From Pseudomonadota bacterium (lineage in GTDB: Bacteria > Myxococcota > JACRCW01 > JAFGSX01), in NCBI GenBank assembly GCA_043821645.1, contig JBDRCO010000138.1, positions 1 to 43,718 of the forward strand: DNA of 43,718 bases, read 5' to 3'. The position numbers and the translations under genes were made by a program. Of the stretch, positions 1 to 8,862 are shown one piece after another. The notes below the pieces were generated by a model. The model saw nothing but the letters and a program-made list of their open reading frames with translations. It was not told the origin of the DNA and searched no databases. Numbering within the stretch: the stretch's first letter is position 1; every line of letters begins with the position of its first letter.

Positions 1-103
1 GCCACAGCGTCACACCCAGCACCGCCAGGCGTCGGCCCCAGCGCCCCGGGCCGGGGAGCTGCAACTCCACCTGGTCGTCCATCACGCCGAACAACCGAGC
101 CAT
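1..103 (-). CDS. Possible 5' end of a gene running off the window (MARLFGVMDDQVELQLPGPGRWGRRLAVLGVTLW...)
   Basis: Manual translation gives an open frame from the ATG at 103 to the window edge, with GC-rich third positions and the start of a hydrophobic stretch. Confidence 0.35.
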   Translation of the reverse strand, partial: MARLFGVMDDQVELQLPGPGRWGRRLAVLGVTLW

Positions 104-363
104 GGCGGCAAGGCACCCGTTTGCTCGGGCCGCGCGCTGGCTGGCGTTTCCGCTGGTTCGGAGGCCGTGCGACAATCGATGGCGATGGATTTGGAGACGG
201 GCCACGAGGAGCTGGTACCCGAGGTTGGCGACGGGGATGCACTTGGTGTTTCCTACGGCCCCATGATTCTGTGTTCAGTGGGTCGTCGAAGGAAAACGCT
301 GGTTGTATTGTCACTCCGAGCGGAGCTGCTTTTTTTCTCGCCACGAGGGTGACAGGTCAGCCC

Positions 364-1476
364 TCAGGTCTCCCACAACAGCTCGTAGCTCGCACTGCGC
401 CCCCCACCGGGACGTCGGCGCAGCAATCCCAGCTCCACGAGCTCGGCCAGGTCGCGCTTGGCGGTCTCGCGACTGGTCGAGGTCAGGCCCACATATTTAC
501 GGTTGTTGAGCCCTCCTTCGAAGCCGTCGGGGCCGGCGTCAAGCAGGCGGCCAAGCACCTTGCGCTGCCGCGGATTGAGCTCGAGCTCGGCATGGGTTCG
601 CCAGAAGCTGGCACGCTGCAGGGACAAACGAGCCACGTCGAGCGAGCGCTCGATGGCGCGCTGCTGGCAGCCAAGGAACCACTGCAGCCAGGCCGTGACG
701 TCGACGCTGCCGCGCTGGGTCTGCTCGAGGACCAGGTAATAGGCCTCGCGCTCGTCGTTGATCTGCGCCGACATGCTGTACAGCCGTCGCCCAGAGCGCT
801 CGTCCTGGGCCAGGGCCATGTCCGTGAGGGCGCGCGCGACGCGGCCGTTGCCGTCCTCGAAGGGATGGATGGTCACGAACCACAGGTGCGCCAGGGCGGC
901 GCGCAGCAGGCCGTCGAGTGGTGGGACAGGCGGCGCGTTGAACCAGCGGAGCAAGTCCCTTATCTCCGTCGCCACGCGGCTGGCCGGGGGCGCCTCGTAG
1001 TGCACGCGCTCGCGCCCCGCGGGCCCCGAGACAACCTGCATGGGCTCGGCGCTGTGGCGCCAGCGACCCACGGCGATCGTCTGCAGACCCGAGTAGCCCG
1101 TCGGGAACAGCGCGGCCTGCCAGCCCCAGAGCCGCTTCGCGGTGAGCGGCCTGTCGTGGTGGCCGGTGGCGTCGATGAGCATCTGCACCAGCCCGTCGAC
1201 GTGGCGCGGCACGCGCGGTAGGCCCGCCGTGGGCAAACCCAGCCTCCTGGCGACCGAGGAGCGGATGGCCTGGCGGTCCAGCGTCTCGCCTTCGATGATG
1301 GCCGTGGTCAGGGCTTCCTCGACCAGCGTCTCGGCGTGCTGCTCGAGCCCGAGCTGATCGGCCAGGGACTGCAACCTGCCCTGGCTCTGCCGGGTCTGGC
1401 CGAGCTGCACCAGGAGATCCTGGTCGCGCCAGGTGAACCCGGGCCAGGCGGCCGACTGCCAGATGTAGCGTGCCAT
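364..1476 (-). CDS. Fic family protein (DUF4172 N-terminus, Fic domain, C-terminal HTH)
   Basis: N-terminal YIWQ..WP.F.W, canonical Fic motif HPFEDGNGRVAR, and C-terminal TAKRDLAELV...GGGRSASY winged HTH. Confidence 0.93.
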   Translation of the reverse strand: MARYIWQSAAWPGFTWRDQDLLVQLGQTRQSQGRLQSLADQLGLEQHAETLVEEALTTAIIEGETLDRQAIRSSVARRLGLPTAGLPRVPRHVDGLVQMLIDATGHHDRPLTAKRLWGWQAALFPTGYSGLQTIAVGRWRHSAEPMQVVSGPAGRERVHYEAPPASRVATEIRDLLRWFNAPPVPPLDGLLRAALAHLWFVTIHPFEDGNGRVARALTDMALAQDERSGRRLYSMSAQINDEREAYYLVLEQTQRGSVDVTAWLQWFLGCQQRAIERSLDVARLSLQRASFWRTHAELELNPRQRKVLGRLLDAGPDGFEGGLNNRKYVGLTSTSRETAKRDLAELVELGLLRRRPGGGRSASYELLWET

Positions 1477-1497
1477 GCCCCTGCTCCCGGTGGCGGC

Positions 1498-1550
1498 TTG
1501 ACCCGATTGCAGAACCTAACGGGTCAAATTATGACCCAATTATTGGGGCA
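1498..1550. promoter_or_regulatory. Clustered TGACCC inverted repeats upstream of the Fic gene (putative operator)
   Basis: TTGACCCG(1498)...CGGGTCAA(1527), followed by TGACCCAAT-T-ATTGGGGCA (1532-1550), lying just upstream of the Fic start codon. Confidence 0.5.
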
Positions 1551-1723
1551 GAGGTCCGGGGTGTCAAGCGGGCCGACCTTGGTCGGCCAGGCCTTCGGCT
1601 TGTCACCTATCCCGTCACCTGTTCTCCCGAACAGAGCTGCACACGGGTGAACATGCGTTCAGAACTGGAAACGCAATTTCGCGCACTTGCCGTGCCAATG
1701 AACCCGTAAGAACAAGCACTTGT

Positions 1724-1792
1724 GGGACTTCAAAATCGGTGGGGGGCGTGAGAAACGTCCTCGGCGGGTTTGATTCCCGTGCGCTTCCGCCA
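1724..1792 (+). pseudogene. selC: 3' two-thirds of a tRNA-Sec (selC) gene, degenerate; probable integration att site
   Basis: GGA-CTTCAAA anticodon loop (UCA at 1730-1732), long variable arm GGGGGCGT/ACGTCCTC, T-arm GCGGG-TTTGATT-CCCGT and 3' acceptor GCGCTTCC-G-CCA. No complementary 5' GGAAGCGC strand or D-arm is present upstream. Confidence 0.8.
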
Positions 1793-1993
1793 ACTTAGCC
1801 TGCGTCATTTTGGGGTAGATGGAACTTGGGGCGATTTTGCCACCTGGGTTGCCACTTACTCTTTTTTGACCACTGGTGATCGCAGGCGTCGTCCAGTGTC
1901 GACGGGCGGGCGCCTCTGCCTGCCTGCGAAGTTCGTCGAGGATCCCGAGCACAGCAACGTGGTGACCGACCTGATGAAGCAGCGGGACTCGTC

Positions 1994-3486
1994 GTGACCG
2001 GCGCGTGGACCTGGACGCCTTCGCTGTCGGCGAGACCAGCGGTGTGCCGCGGTGGTCGACGCAAACGAAGCCAGCGTCCTCGAGCCTGTGCCTGCAGCGG
2101 TGAGGCGTGGGCCGCGAAGTAGCGGCTCGCGATCAGGTCGAGTGGCAGGGCGCCCGCAACCATGTCTTCGTCTGCGAGCCCCACAGGGTCACCGGGGCAC
2201 CTGCTCGCTCGCTGGGGCGCGCGCCCCCGCTTCGCTGCCATTTTTCCTCGTCAGGCGACGGTGCTTCACTGCTGACGATGGCCGCCGAGCCGGATGCCAA
2301 GCCGGGCATACCCGGGGTGGTCGATGGAGAAACACTTCATGCTTCCTACGGCCTCAAATTGAAAGAGGTTCCCGCAAAACGACCCGACCCCGGAGAGGCG
2401 CCAGGTGTTCGACATTCCCAGGATTCACGCGCAGTGCACCGAGTATCAGACGCACGCGCTGTCCTGCACCTGCGGCGCCCTCACGCGTGCGCTTCTTCCG
2501 CCCGGCGTTCCCAGGGGAGCCTTCGGGCCCAGCTTGATGGCGCTGGTGTGCCTGCTCAGCGGGAAATTTCACTTGAGCAAGCGTGCGCTCAAAGAGTTCT
2601 TGGCCGACGTGCTCGGTACCGAGGTTGCGTTGGGCTCGGTGGCCAACATCGAACAGCAGATGAGCGCGGCGTTGCAGGCCCCGATGGCCGAGGCGCGAGC
2701 CTTCGTGCGCGAGCAACCCGTGGCCAACATGGACGAGACGGGCTGGCGCGAAGGCAACAAGCGGGCGTGGCTGTGGGCGGTGGTGACGCCGCTGGTGACC
2801 GTGTTTCAGGTGGTACGTTCGCGAGCGGCCAAGGTGGCCAAGGAACTCCTGGGCGAGGACTTCGCCGGTCAGGTCGGCTGCGATCGCTGGAAATCCTACG
2901 ACTGAATCCCCGCTCTGCGGCGTCAGCTGTGCTGGGCGCATCTCGTACGCGACTTCACGGCCATGACCGAGCGGGCGGGCTACGGCCGCGTCATCGGCCG
3001 CAAGCTCCTCAAGAAGGTCAAGCGCATGTTTGGGCTGTGGTGGAAGGCCCGCGACGGAACCCTGAGTTGGGCAGAGTTTCAAATGAAAATGCGGGGAATC
3101 GAGGCCGAAGTGGGCAAGCTCTTGCGCCAGGGCTTGACCTGCAACTCGCCCGCGACCGCCGCCACATGCAGGGACATCCTGCGAAACGAACAGGCACTGT
3201 GGACCTTCGTCCGCGTCCAGGGCGTCGAGCCGACCAACAACGCAGCCGAGCGAGCGCTGCGGCCCGCGGTGCTGTGGCGCAAGCAGAGCTTTGGCACGCA
3301 GAGCGGAGCCGGCAGCCGCTTTGCCGAGCGCATACTGGCCACAGTGGCAACCCTGAAAGCTCAGCACCGCCACGTCCTGACCTACCTCACCAGCGCCATC
3401 GATGCCCTCAATCGCGGCGTTCAGGTCGATTCACTCCTGCCACAGGCTCAGGAAATCCATGTGGCTGCGGCTGGGTGAACGGTTAC
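1994..3486 (+). mobile_element. Degenerate IS66-family element (left end uncertain)
   Basis: IS66 TnpC homology. The right end GGGTGAACGGTTAC reverse-complements to GTAACCGTTCAC, an IS66-type GTAA terminus. The left end GTGACCG at 1994 is only a weak match, and no target duplication was seen. Confidence 0.65.
2381..3478 (+). pseudogene. IS66 transposase (TnpC) pseudogene
   Basis: Motifs RRQVFDIP..C.CG, MDETGW...WLW, QLCWAHLVRDF and VEPTNNAAERALRPAVLWRK. An in-frame TGA at 2903-2905 splits two same-frame ORFs (2405-2905 and 2963-3478), and the N-terminus is frameshifted. Confidence 0.88.
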
Positions 3487-3923
3487 GATATCAGGACATC
3501 GCGATAGCCCGGGCGTGGTCGGGCTGTGCTGGACGGGGCAGGTTGCTTTTTCGCTGGCAACCATTCTGAGGAGAGAGTCTGGATCGCACTTCGGGTTTCG
3601 CCTTCGCCTGGGCACATGGTCTCGCTGCGGCGCAGCTCGAACACCCATGGCGCAGCGCGGTCAAGACGGCTTCGGCGGACCACAACGCGCTTCTTCACAA
3701 ACCACGTAACACTTCTGGATTACTGGATTAACAAGCCCATATCCCGCTCGGTCCGGTCGCGGTTCTCATCCCGGCAGAGACAGCCACCGCGGGGACCGCC
3801 GCACTCCGCGTGGGCAAGAGAATCCGCAATCAGCACGACCTGTTGGGCGAAACCGACATCGGTCAGGTGTACGAGGGACGCGCACCTGGTGGGAGCCGAT
3901 ACCACACGCAGCTGGAGGACATC

Positions 3924-5819
3924 ATGAGTGCAGCCGTCAAGCATCGCGTGGTTCCCGCCGAGGCCGCTCGCGTGCGCAAGGACCTGTCGCTGGTTCGCAG
4001 CTCGGTGAACCGCGGCGACGTGCTGTCCCGCGGCGACCGGGGCGCCGACGTCAAGGCCCTGCAGCGCGAGCTCCACGACGCTGGGGTGTACAGCGGCAAG
4101 CACAGCGGGGTCTTCGACAAGGCCACCGAGCAGGCGGTGCGCAGCTACCAGAAGGCGCGCGGTCTGCGTGCCGACGGCGTGGTTGGCAAGCAGACCCTGG
4201 CCTCGCTCAAGGCCAACAACGTCTTCGTCAAGGATGGCTTCGAGACTGCGGCCGGCCGCGGGCAGTCGGGCCTGGACATCCTGGCCGCGGAGCGGCGCCT
4301 GGCCGCCCTGGGCTACGCCACGGGCGCAGTGGACGGGAAGTTCGACGACAAGACCGCGCAGGCGGTCAAGGCCTTCCGTGCCAGCAACGACGATCTGCCC
4401 GACAACAAGAGCGCGCTCGACAAGGACATGTGGAAGAACCTGCAGCAGACCTACCAAAGCCAGGTGGCGCCGCTGCAGGGCGTGCGGCGGCAGCGGGTGG
4501 TGGGTTCGGTCAAGGAGCACAAGCGGCTGGACGACGCCACGGCGCGTGCGGCTGCGCAGGGCGCACTGAAGCCGGGTGCCAGCGGGCGCAGCGTGCGCAA
4601 CCTGCAAGCCCACCTCAAGGCCGCGGGCGAGAACCCGGGCACGATCAACGCGAGCTACGGCACCCGCACTCGCGATGCGGTCAAGAACTTCCAGGGCAAG
4701 AACGGGCTGCCGGCGACCGGTAAGGTGGACACGAAGACGTGGCAGGCCCTGCGCGATCGCCAGTTCGCGGCGGCCGGCAAGGCCACGCCGGCGCAGAGCG
4801 CGGGCGAACGCGACGCGGCGGTGCTGCACACTGAGCGCCAGCTCAGCACCCTTGGCCTGAACCCAGGCAAGGTCGACGGCTGGTACACCGCGGGCACGGC
4901 GGCCGCGGTGTCACGCTTCCAGACCAAGCACGGCCTGCAGCGCACGGGTCAGGTCGACGGCACCACGCTCAAGGCCCTGGACAAGGCCGTGGCCCTCAAG
5001 GACGTCGAGAGCGACCTGAAGAAGCTGGGCTACAAGCCAGGCGCGGTCGACGGCGTGGCCAGCAGCGAGACGGCCAGCGCCCTGCGCGCGTTCCAGAAGA
5101 AGGAAGGCCTGGCGGTCACCGGCACCGCCACCGCGCAGACCGACGCGCGCCTGGACAAGCGGGTGCAGCAGAAGGAGGCCGCGGCCAAGGTCAACGGCCC
5201 CAAGCCCAAGGGCGAGGCGGCCAAGGCGGCCTGGTACCAGGCCCTGGTCAAGAAGAACGGTGGCAAGTGGCGCACGGGCGTCAACGAGATGAACATCGTC
5301 GGCCTGCGCGGCCAGAGCGTCGACGGCAAGCGCAACGGCAACGCCTTCAACCAGTGGAACGACACCATGGCCTACGTGTGGAAGGGCAGCGACGGCAAGA
5401 TGCACGTGCGCGAGTTCCAGGCCACCACCGACCCGGGCCTCAAGAGCGGCACCGGCCAGGACGCCAACCACGACGGCAGCCTGGACCTGGCCCATTTGCG
5501 GCCTGGCTCCTACCCCTACCGCCTGGGCACGCACCGCGGCCTGTACGGCGCGGGCAACCCCACCTACAACCTGCCGGTGTACCGCGACACCAACCACGAC
5601 GGCCACATCAGCAGCGCCGAGAAGGCTGCCAGCAAGCGCCGCGGCGACACCGGCTCGGGCATCAACATCCACTGGGGCGACGGCTACACCGTGGGCGGGT
5701 TCAGCGCGGGCTGCCAGGTCGTGAAGGGCAGCTACGATTACTTCCGCGGCCACGTGACGCCGCTGCTGCAGCTCAACCGCGGGCAGATGTATTACACGCT
5801 GATCGACCAGTCCAAGTAG
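3924..5819 (+). CDS. Protein with five peptidoglycan-binding domains and a C-terminal putative His/Cys (YkuD/L,D-transpeptidase-like) catalytic domain
   Basis: Repeated L..G..G.DV..LQ..L...G....DG.F...T..AV..FQ...GL..DG units, and a C-terminal GINIHWG...FSAGCQV. GGAGG at 3914-3918 favours the ATG at 3924 over the GTG at 3810. Confidence 0.85.
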   Translation: MSAAVKHRVVPAEAARVRKDLSLVRSSVNRGDVLSRGDRGADVKALQRELHDAGVYSGKHSGVFDKATEQAVRSYQKARGLRADGVVGKQTLASLKANNVFVKDGFETAAGRGQSGLDILAAERRLAALGYATGAVDGKFDDKTAQAVKAFRASNDDLPDNKSALDKDMWKNLQQTYQSQVAPLQGVRRQRVVGSVKEHKRLDDATARAAAQGALKPGASGRSVRNLQAHLKAAGENPGTINASYGTRTRDAVKNFQGKNGLPATGKVDTKTWQALRDRQFAAAGKATPAQSAGERDAAVLHTERQLSTLGLNPGKVDGWYTAGTAAAVSRFQTKHGLQRTGQVDGTTLKALDKAVALKDVESDLKKLGYKPGAVDGVASSETASALRAFQKKEGLAVTGTATAQTDARLDKRVQQKEAAAKVNGPKPKGEAAKAAWYQALVKKNGGKWRTGVNEMNIVGLRGQSVDGKRNGNAFNQWNDTMAYVWKGSDGKMHVREFQATTDPGLKSGTGQDANHDGSLDLAHLRPGSYPYRLGTHRGLYGAGNPTYNLPVYRDTNHDGHISSAEKAASKRRGDTGSGINIHWGDGYTVGGFSAGCQVVKGSYDYFRGHVTPLLQLNRGQMYYTLIDQSK

Positions 5820-5930
5820 CGCATGCGCGACCGTTGCAGGCCCTGCGACACGATGCCATCGAGCGCGGTCGCCGGCGGGCGCAGCGACGGGCGTGCAGTG
5901 CTGCGCCGCGCACCATCCGGGAGAGCTGAG

Positions 5931-7439
5931 ATGCGGAACGACGACCTGCGGATCCTCGTCGGGATCGCCGTCTGGGTGGTCCTGGGAGCCTGTATTCCAG
6001 CGGCCACCGCCACGACGGAGGACGGGAGCGCACCACCTCTCGACGCTGGCGCGCTGGCCGATGCGGCAGCGTTCGACGTCGACGCAGGCGCCGGGCAGGA
6101 GGCCGGGGTTGGCGACAGACTCGCAGCGGACATCGCAACGGCGGACAGCGTCAGCGGTGACAGCGCTGCGGCAGACCACCTGCTGAACGACGCAGGGACG
6201 ACGGACAGTGCCGATGCCCACGTCGGACCGAGCTGCGACGCCGACGCGCTGACCGGCTACTACTGCGCCGGCGACAAGGTGAGCAACGGCGCCACGAGCA
6301 CCCTGTACTTCTGCGAGGGCCCGGGGCTCGCAACCGTCGCCGAGGTCTGCGCCAGCGGCTGTGTGATCGCCCCCGACGGTCAGGATGACCACTGCGCGGC
6401 TGACGCCGCGACCTGCGAGGCCGCCGCCGTCACGGGCTCCTACTGCGCGGGCGACGAGGTCGCGGGTGGTACCGCTGGCACCCTGTACCTCTGCAACGGC
6501 CCCGGCCCGGCCAGCGTGGCCGAGGTCTGTGCCAGCAGCTGCACGGTGGCGCCCGCCGGCCAGGACGATCACTGCGCGCCCGCCGCGGCCACCTGCGATG
6601 CCGACGCGGTGACCGGTTATTACTGCGCTGGCGATAAGGTCACGGGCGGCGACGCCGACACGCTGTACCACTGCAGTGGTCCGGGTGTGGCCACGCTGTC
6701 GCAAGCCTGCGCGCACGGCTGCTTCGTGGCGCCGGCCGGCCAGGACGACTACTGCGCATCCGCTGCGGCCACCTGCGATGGCGACGCGGTGACCGGCTAT
6801 TACTGCGCCGGCGACAAGGTCACGGGCGGCGTGGCCAACACGCTGTATCACTGCAGCGGCCCTGGACCCGCGACCGTCGCCGAGACCTGCTCGAGTAGCT
6901 GCGTGGTCGCGGCGGCCGGCTCGGACGACTACTGCGCGGGCAGCGGCAGCGCGGGCTACAAGCTGCCCTTCGCCTGCGGCACGGCCCGCCGCTGCTCCAA
7001 CGGCAACAACACCTCCAGCCACACCGGCACGGATCTCTATGCCTATGACTTCGCGATGCCGGTCGGCACCTCGGTGCGGGCGATCCGCTCGGGCGTGGTG
7101 CAGCGCGTGCGCATCGTGTCGACGCCCGGCAGCGCCTGCTACGACGGCGGCGGCTCGTCCTGCGCCAACCTGGCCAACACGGTCGAGCTGCGCCACAGCG
7201 ACGGTACCATCGCCCTGTACATGCACATCACGACCAGCTCGGTCTCGACGGGCCAGCACGTGAACCAGGGCCAGGAGGTCGCCAAGTCCGGCAACACGGG
7301 CTGGTCCACGGGGCCGCACCTGCACAACCAGGTGCAGACCAACTGCGGCAGCTGGTGGTGCCAGTCGCTCGAGTTTGACTTTGTCGAAGCCCCCAACCTG
7401 ACCACCGGCATGACCGTGACATCGCAGAACTGTCCCTGA
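5931..7439 (+). CDS. Lipoprotein with four Cys-rich repeats and a C-terminal M23 metallopeptidase
   Basis: Lipobox VLGAC, Asp/Ala-rich linker, and M23 motifs HTGTDLYAYDF, YMH and GNTGWSTGPHLH. Confidence 0.88.
   Translation: MRNDDLRILVGIAVWVVLGACIPAATATTEDGSAPPLDAGALADAAAFDVDAGAGQEAGVGDRLAADIATADSVSGDSAAADHLLNDAGTTDSADAHVGPSCDADALTGYYCAGDKVSNGATSTLYFCEGPGLATVAEVCASGCVIAPDGQDDHCAADAATCEAAAVTGSYCAGDEVAGGTAGTLYLCNGPGPASVAEVCASSCTVAPAGQDDHCAPAAATCDADAVTGYYCAGDKVTGGDADTLYHCSGPGVATLSQACAHGCFVAPAGQDDYCASAAATCDGDAVTGYYCAGDKVTGGVANTLYHCSGPGPATVAETCSSSCVVAAAGSDDYCAGSGSAGYKLPFACGTARRCSNGNNTSSHTGTDLYAYDFAMPVGTSVRAIRSGVVQRVRIVSTPGSACYDGGGSSCANLANTVELRHSDGTIALYMHITTSSVSTGQHVNQGQEVAKSGNTGWSTGPHLHNQVQTNCGSWWCQSLEFDFVEAPNLTTGMTVTSQNCP
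6234..6953 (+). repeat. Four tandem 180-bp (60-aa) coding repeats
   Basis: Units start at 6234, 6414, 6594 and 6774. Consensus CD.DAVTGYYCAGDKV.GG...TLY.C.GPG.A.VAE.C...C.VAP.GQDD.C, six Cys per unit. Confidence 0.9.
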
Positions 7440-7544
7440 GCGGTTGGTGCTGGGTGGCACCCGTTTGGGTCACTAGCAGCAGTGGGCCACGGCGTGCGAT
7501 ACTGGGGCGGTCGCTGATGGGGCATGCGAGAAAAGGGGACGTAC

Positions 7545-8417
7545 ATGCCGATAGACCCCCTCCCTTCGACCTTTAGAACGAGCTATCAGCCTGTCGTCAC
7601 CAGAACTCAGCCGGCGCCCAGTGTCGAGACCGTCCCTGCGGGCGACATCGAGACGCTGCGCGCGTTGCACTCCGGTGGCAGCGTCGAGGACGACCTGGCG
7701 CGCCACAACCGGACCACGGCTGCCGCGTCGACCGGAAAGAGCGCGGCGACGACCGCTCCGCCGGATCCCCGGATCGCACCCGCGGGCACACCCGCGCACC
7801 GCGTCTTCGCCACCGATGACGTGCGCCGCATGCAGCCCCGAACCCACGACCTCAATGCGAGTCAGATCGAGGACATCCTCAAGAAGGAGGCGCCCAAGGG
7901 CAGCCCGCTGCGCGTCCCCAAGACGCGCAGGGAAGTCGCCGATGCCCTGGTTCGCGTGTCCGAGAAGGAGGGCGTGCCGGCGTGGCTGATGCTGACACAC
8001 ATGAAGCTCGAGAACGGCTTTGGGAACCCGAAGGACGCCACCATGCAGCCCAACAGGCCGTGGTATTCGACCGACCACGGCCATGGCGGGACGGCCAACC
8101 CGTCGCGGCGCACCGGCGAGAAAGGCCAGAGCCACAACCTCTTTGGCCTGACGCCGCCCAGGGGCTACCAGGGCAACTACATCGTGTCGCGCGACATGCC
8201 CCAGGGCTTGCGGGTGTTCGACAGCTTCGGGCAGAGCATCGAGACCGAGGGCGCGACGCTGTCGAAGCACTACCGCGGCCTGTCGGTCAACGACTACATC
8301 GACAAGTACTACATCGGCGATCAGCGGGATAACCAGAAGAACGGGATCATCAGCACGGCAAGGCGCTGGGGCCAACTCTCCATCGATCGCAACTCGGTGC
8401 TCCTTCCCGAGCGGTAG
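7545..8417 (+). CDS. Hypothetical protein with a probable lysozyme-fold (GH73 glucosaminidase-like) domain
   Basis: LMLTHMKLENGFG...HNLFGL...RVFDSFGQSIE....LSKHY parallels the GH73 pattern AQA.LESGWG...NNLFGI...F.S.EESI....L...Y. The N-terminus is Pro/Thr-rich and disordered. An alternative start lies at 7524. Confidence 0.65.
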   Translation: MPIDPLPSTFRTSYQPVVTRTQPAPSVETVPAGDIETLRALHSGGSVEDDLARHNRTTAAASTGKSAATTAPPDPRIAPAGTPAHRVFATDDVRRMQPRTHDLNASQIEDILKKEAPKGSPLRVPKTRREVADALVRVSEKEGVPAWLMLTHMKLENGFGNPKDATMQPNRPWYSTDHGHGGTANPSRRTGEKGQSHNLFGLTPPRGYQGNYIVSRDMPQGLRVFDSFGQSIETEGATLSKHYRGLSVNDYIDKYYIGDQRDNQKNGIISTARRWGQLSIDRNSVLLPER

Positions 8418-8862
8418 CGAGCACACGACGCTGGACCGTCGGCGATGGCGACGAGGGACGTGCGAAGAGCCCCCGATGGCTCAGGGACTTCGCTCCCTGA
8501 CGATCCGCGAAGTGCATTGTTGGAAACGCCATGGGGGCCAAGGGTGGTGGGCTCTGTCGGTCCTGTTTTTGCGAGCTCTGTTCCAGGGGCTGGTCGTAAC
8601 GATCCTCGACCTCCTCGATCAGGCGTTCGAGGCCGATGTCACGGCCCACCTTGAAGCCCGGCCTGCAGCGCTCACGTCCGGCGTCCCTGCCAGTGCATGG
8701 ACCGTGCGTCACGAGGGTTGGTACTCCAATCTTCACCGCCTTCTCTCATTCGACATTCACGGCGCCCGTGCGAAGTGAGGAATATCATGACGGCGACGGC
8801 AGCAAGACCACTGAGATGCGACACAGCGCCAACGCGGGCCTGACGAAGGACGAAAAAGAAAG

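Noticed and set aside
1690-1792. Functional tRNA-Sec gene
   Set aside because: The 5' acceptor strand and D-arm are missing, the anticodon stem is mispaired and the T-loop is altered. Kept only as a fragment/att site.
2903-2960. Selenocysteine read-through of the transposase TGA, given the nearby selC fragment
   Set aside because: The position fits Trp rather than a catalytic Cys, no convincing SECIS hairpin is evident, and the gene is independently frameshifted upstream.
3483-3698. Small minus-strand ORF abutting the IS66 right end
   Set aside because: No RBS, motif or clear codon bias that supports it as a gene.
6234-6953. CRISPR array or non-coding repeat
   Set aside because: The repeats are in-frame 180-bp coding units without unique spacers, and there are no cas genes in the window.
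4911-7460. Long antisense ORFs (for example 4911-7460, 121-1221, 34356-36209, 37917-40043, 30987-32774)
   Set aside because: These are shadow frames of real high-GC genes on the opposite strand, with no recognisable motifs.
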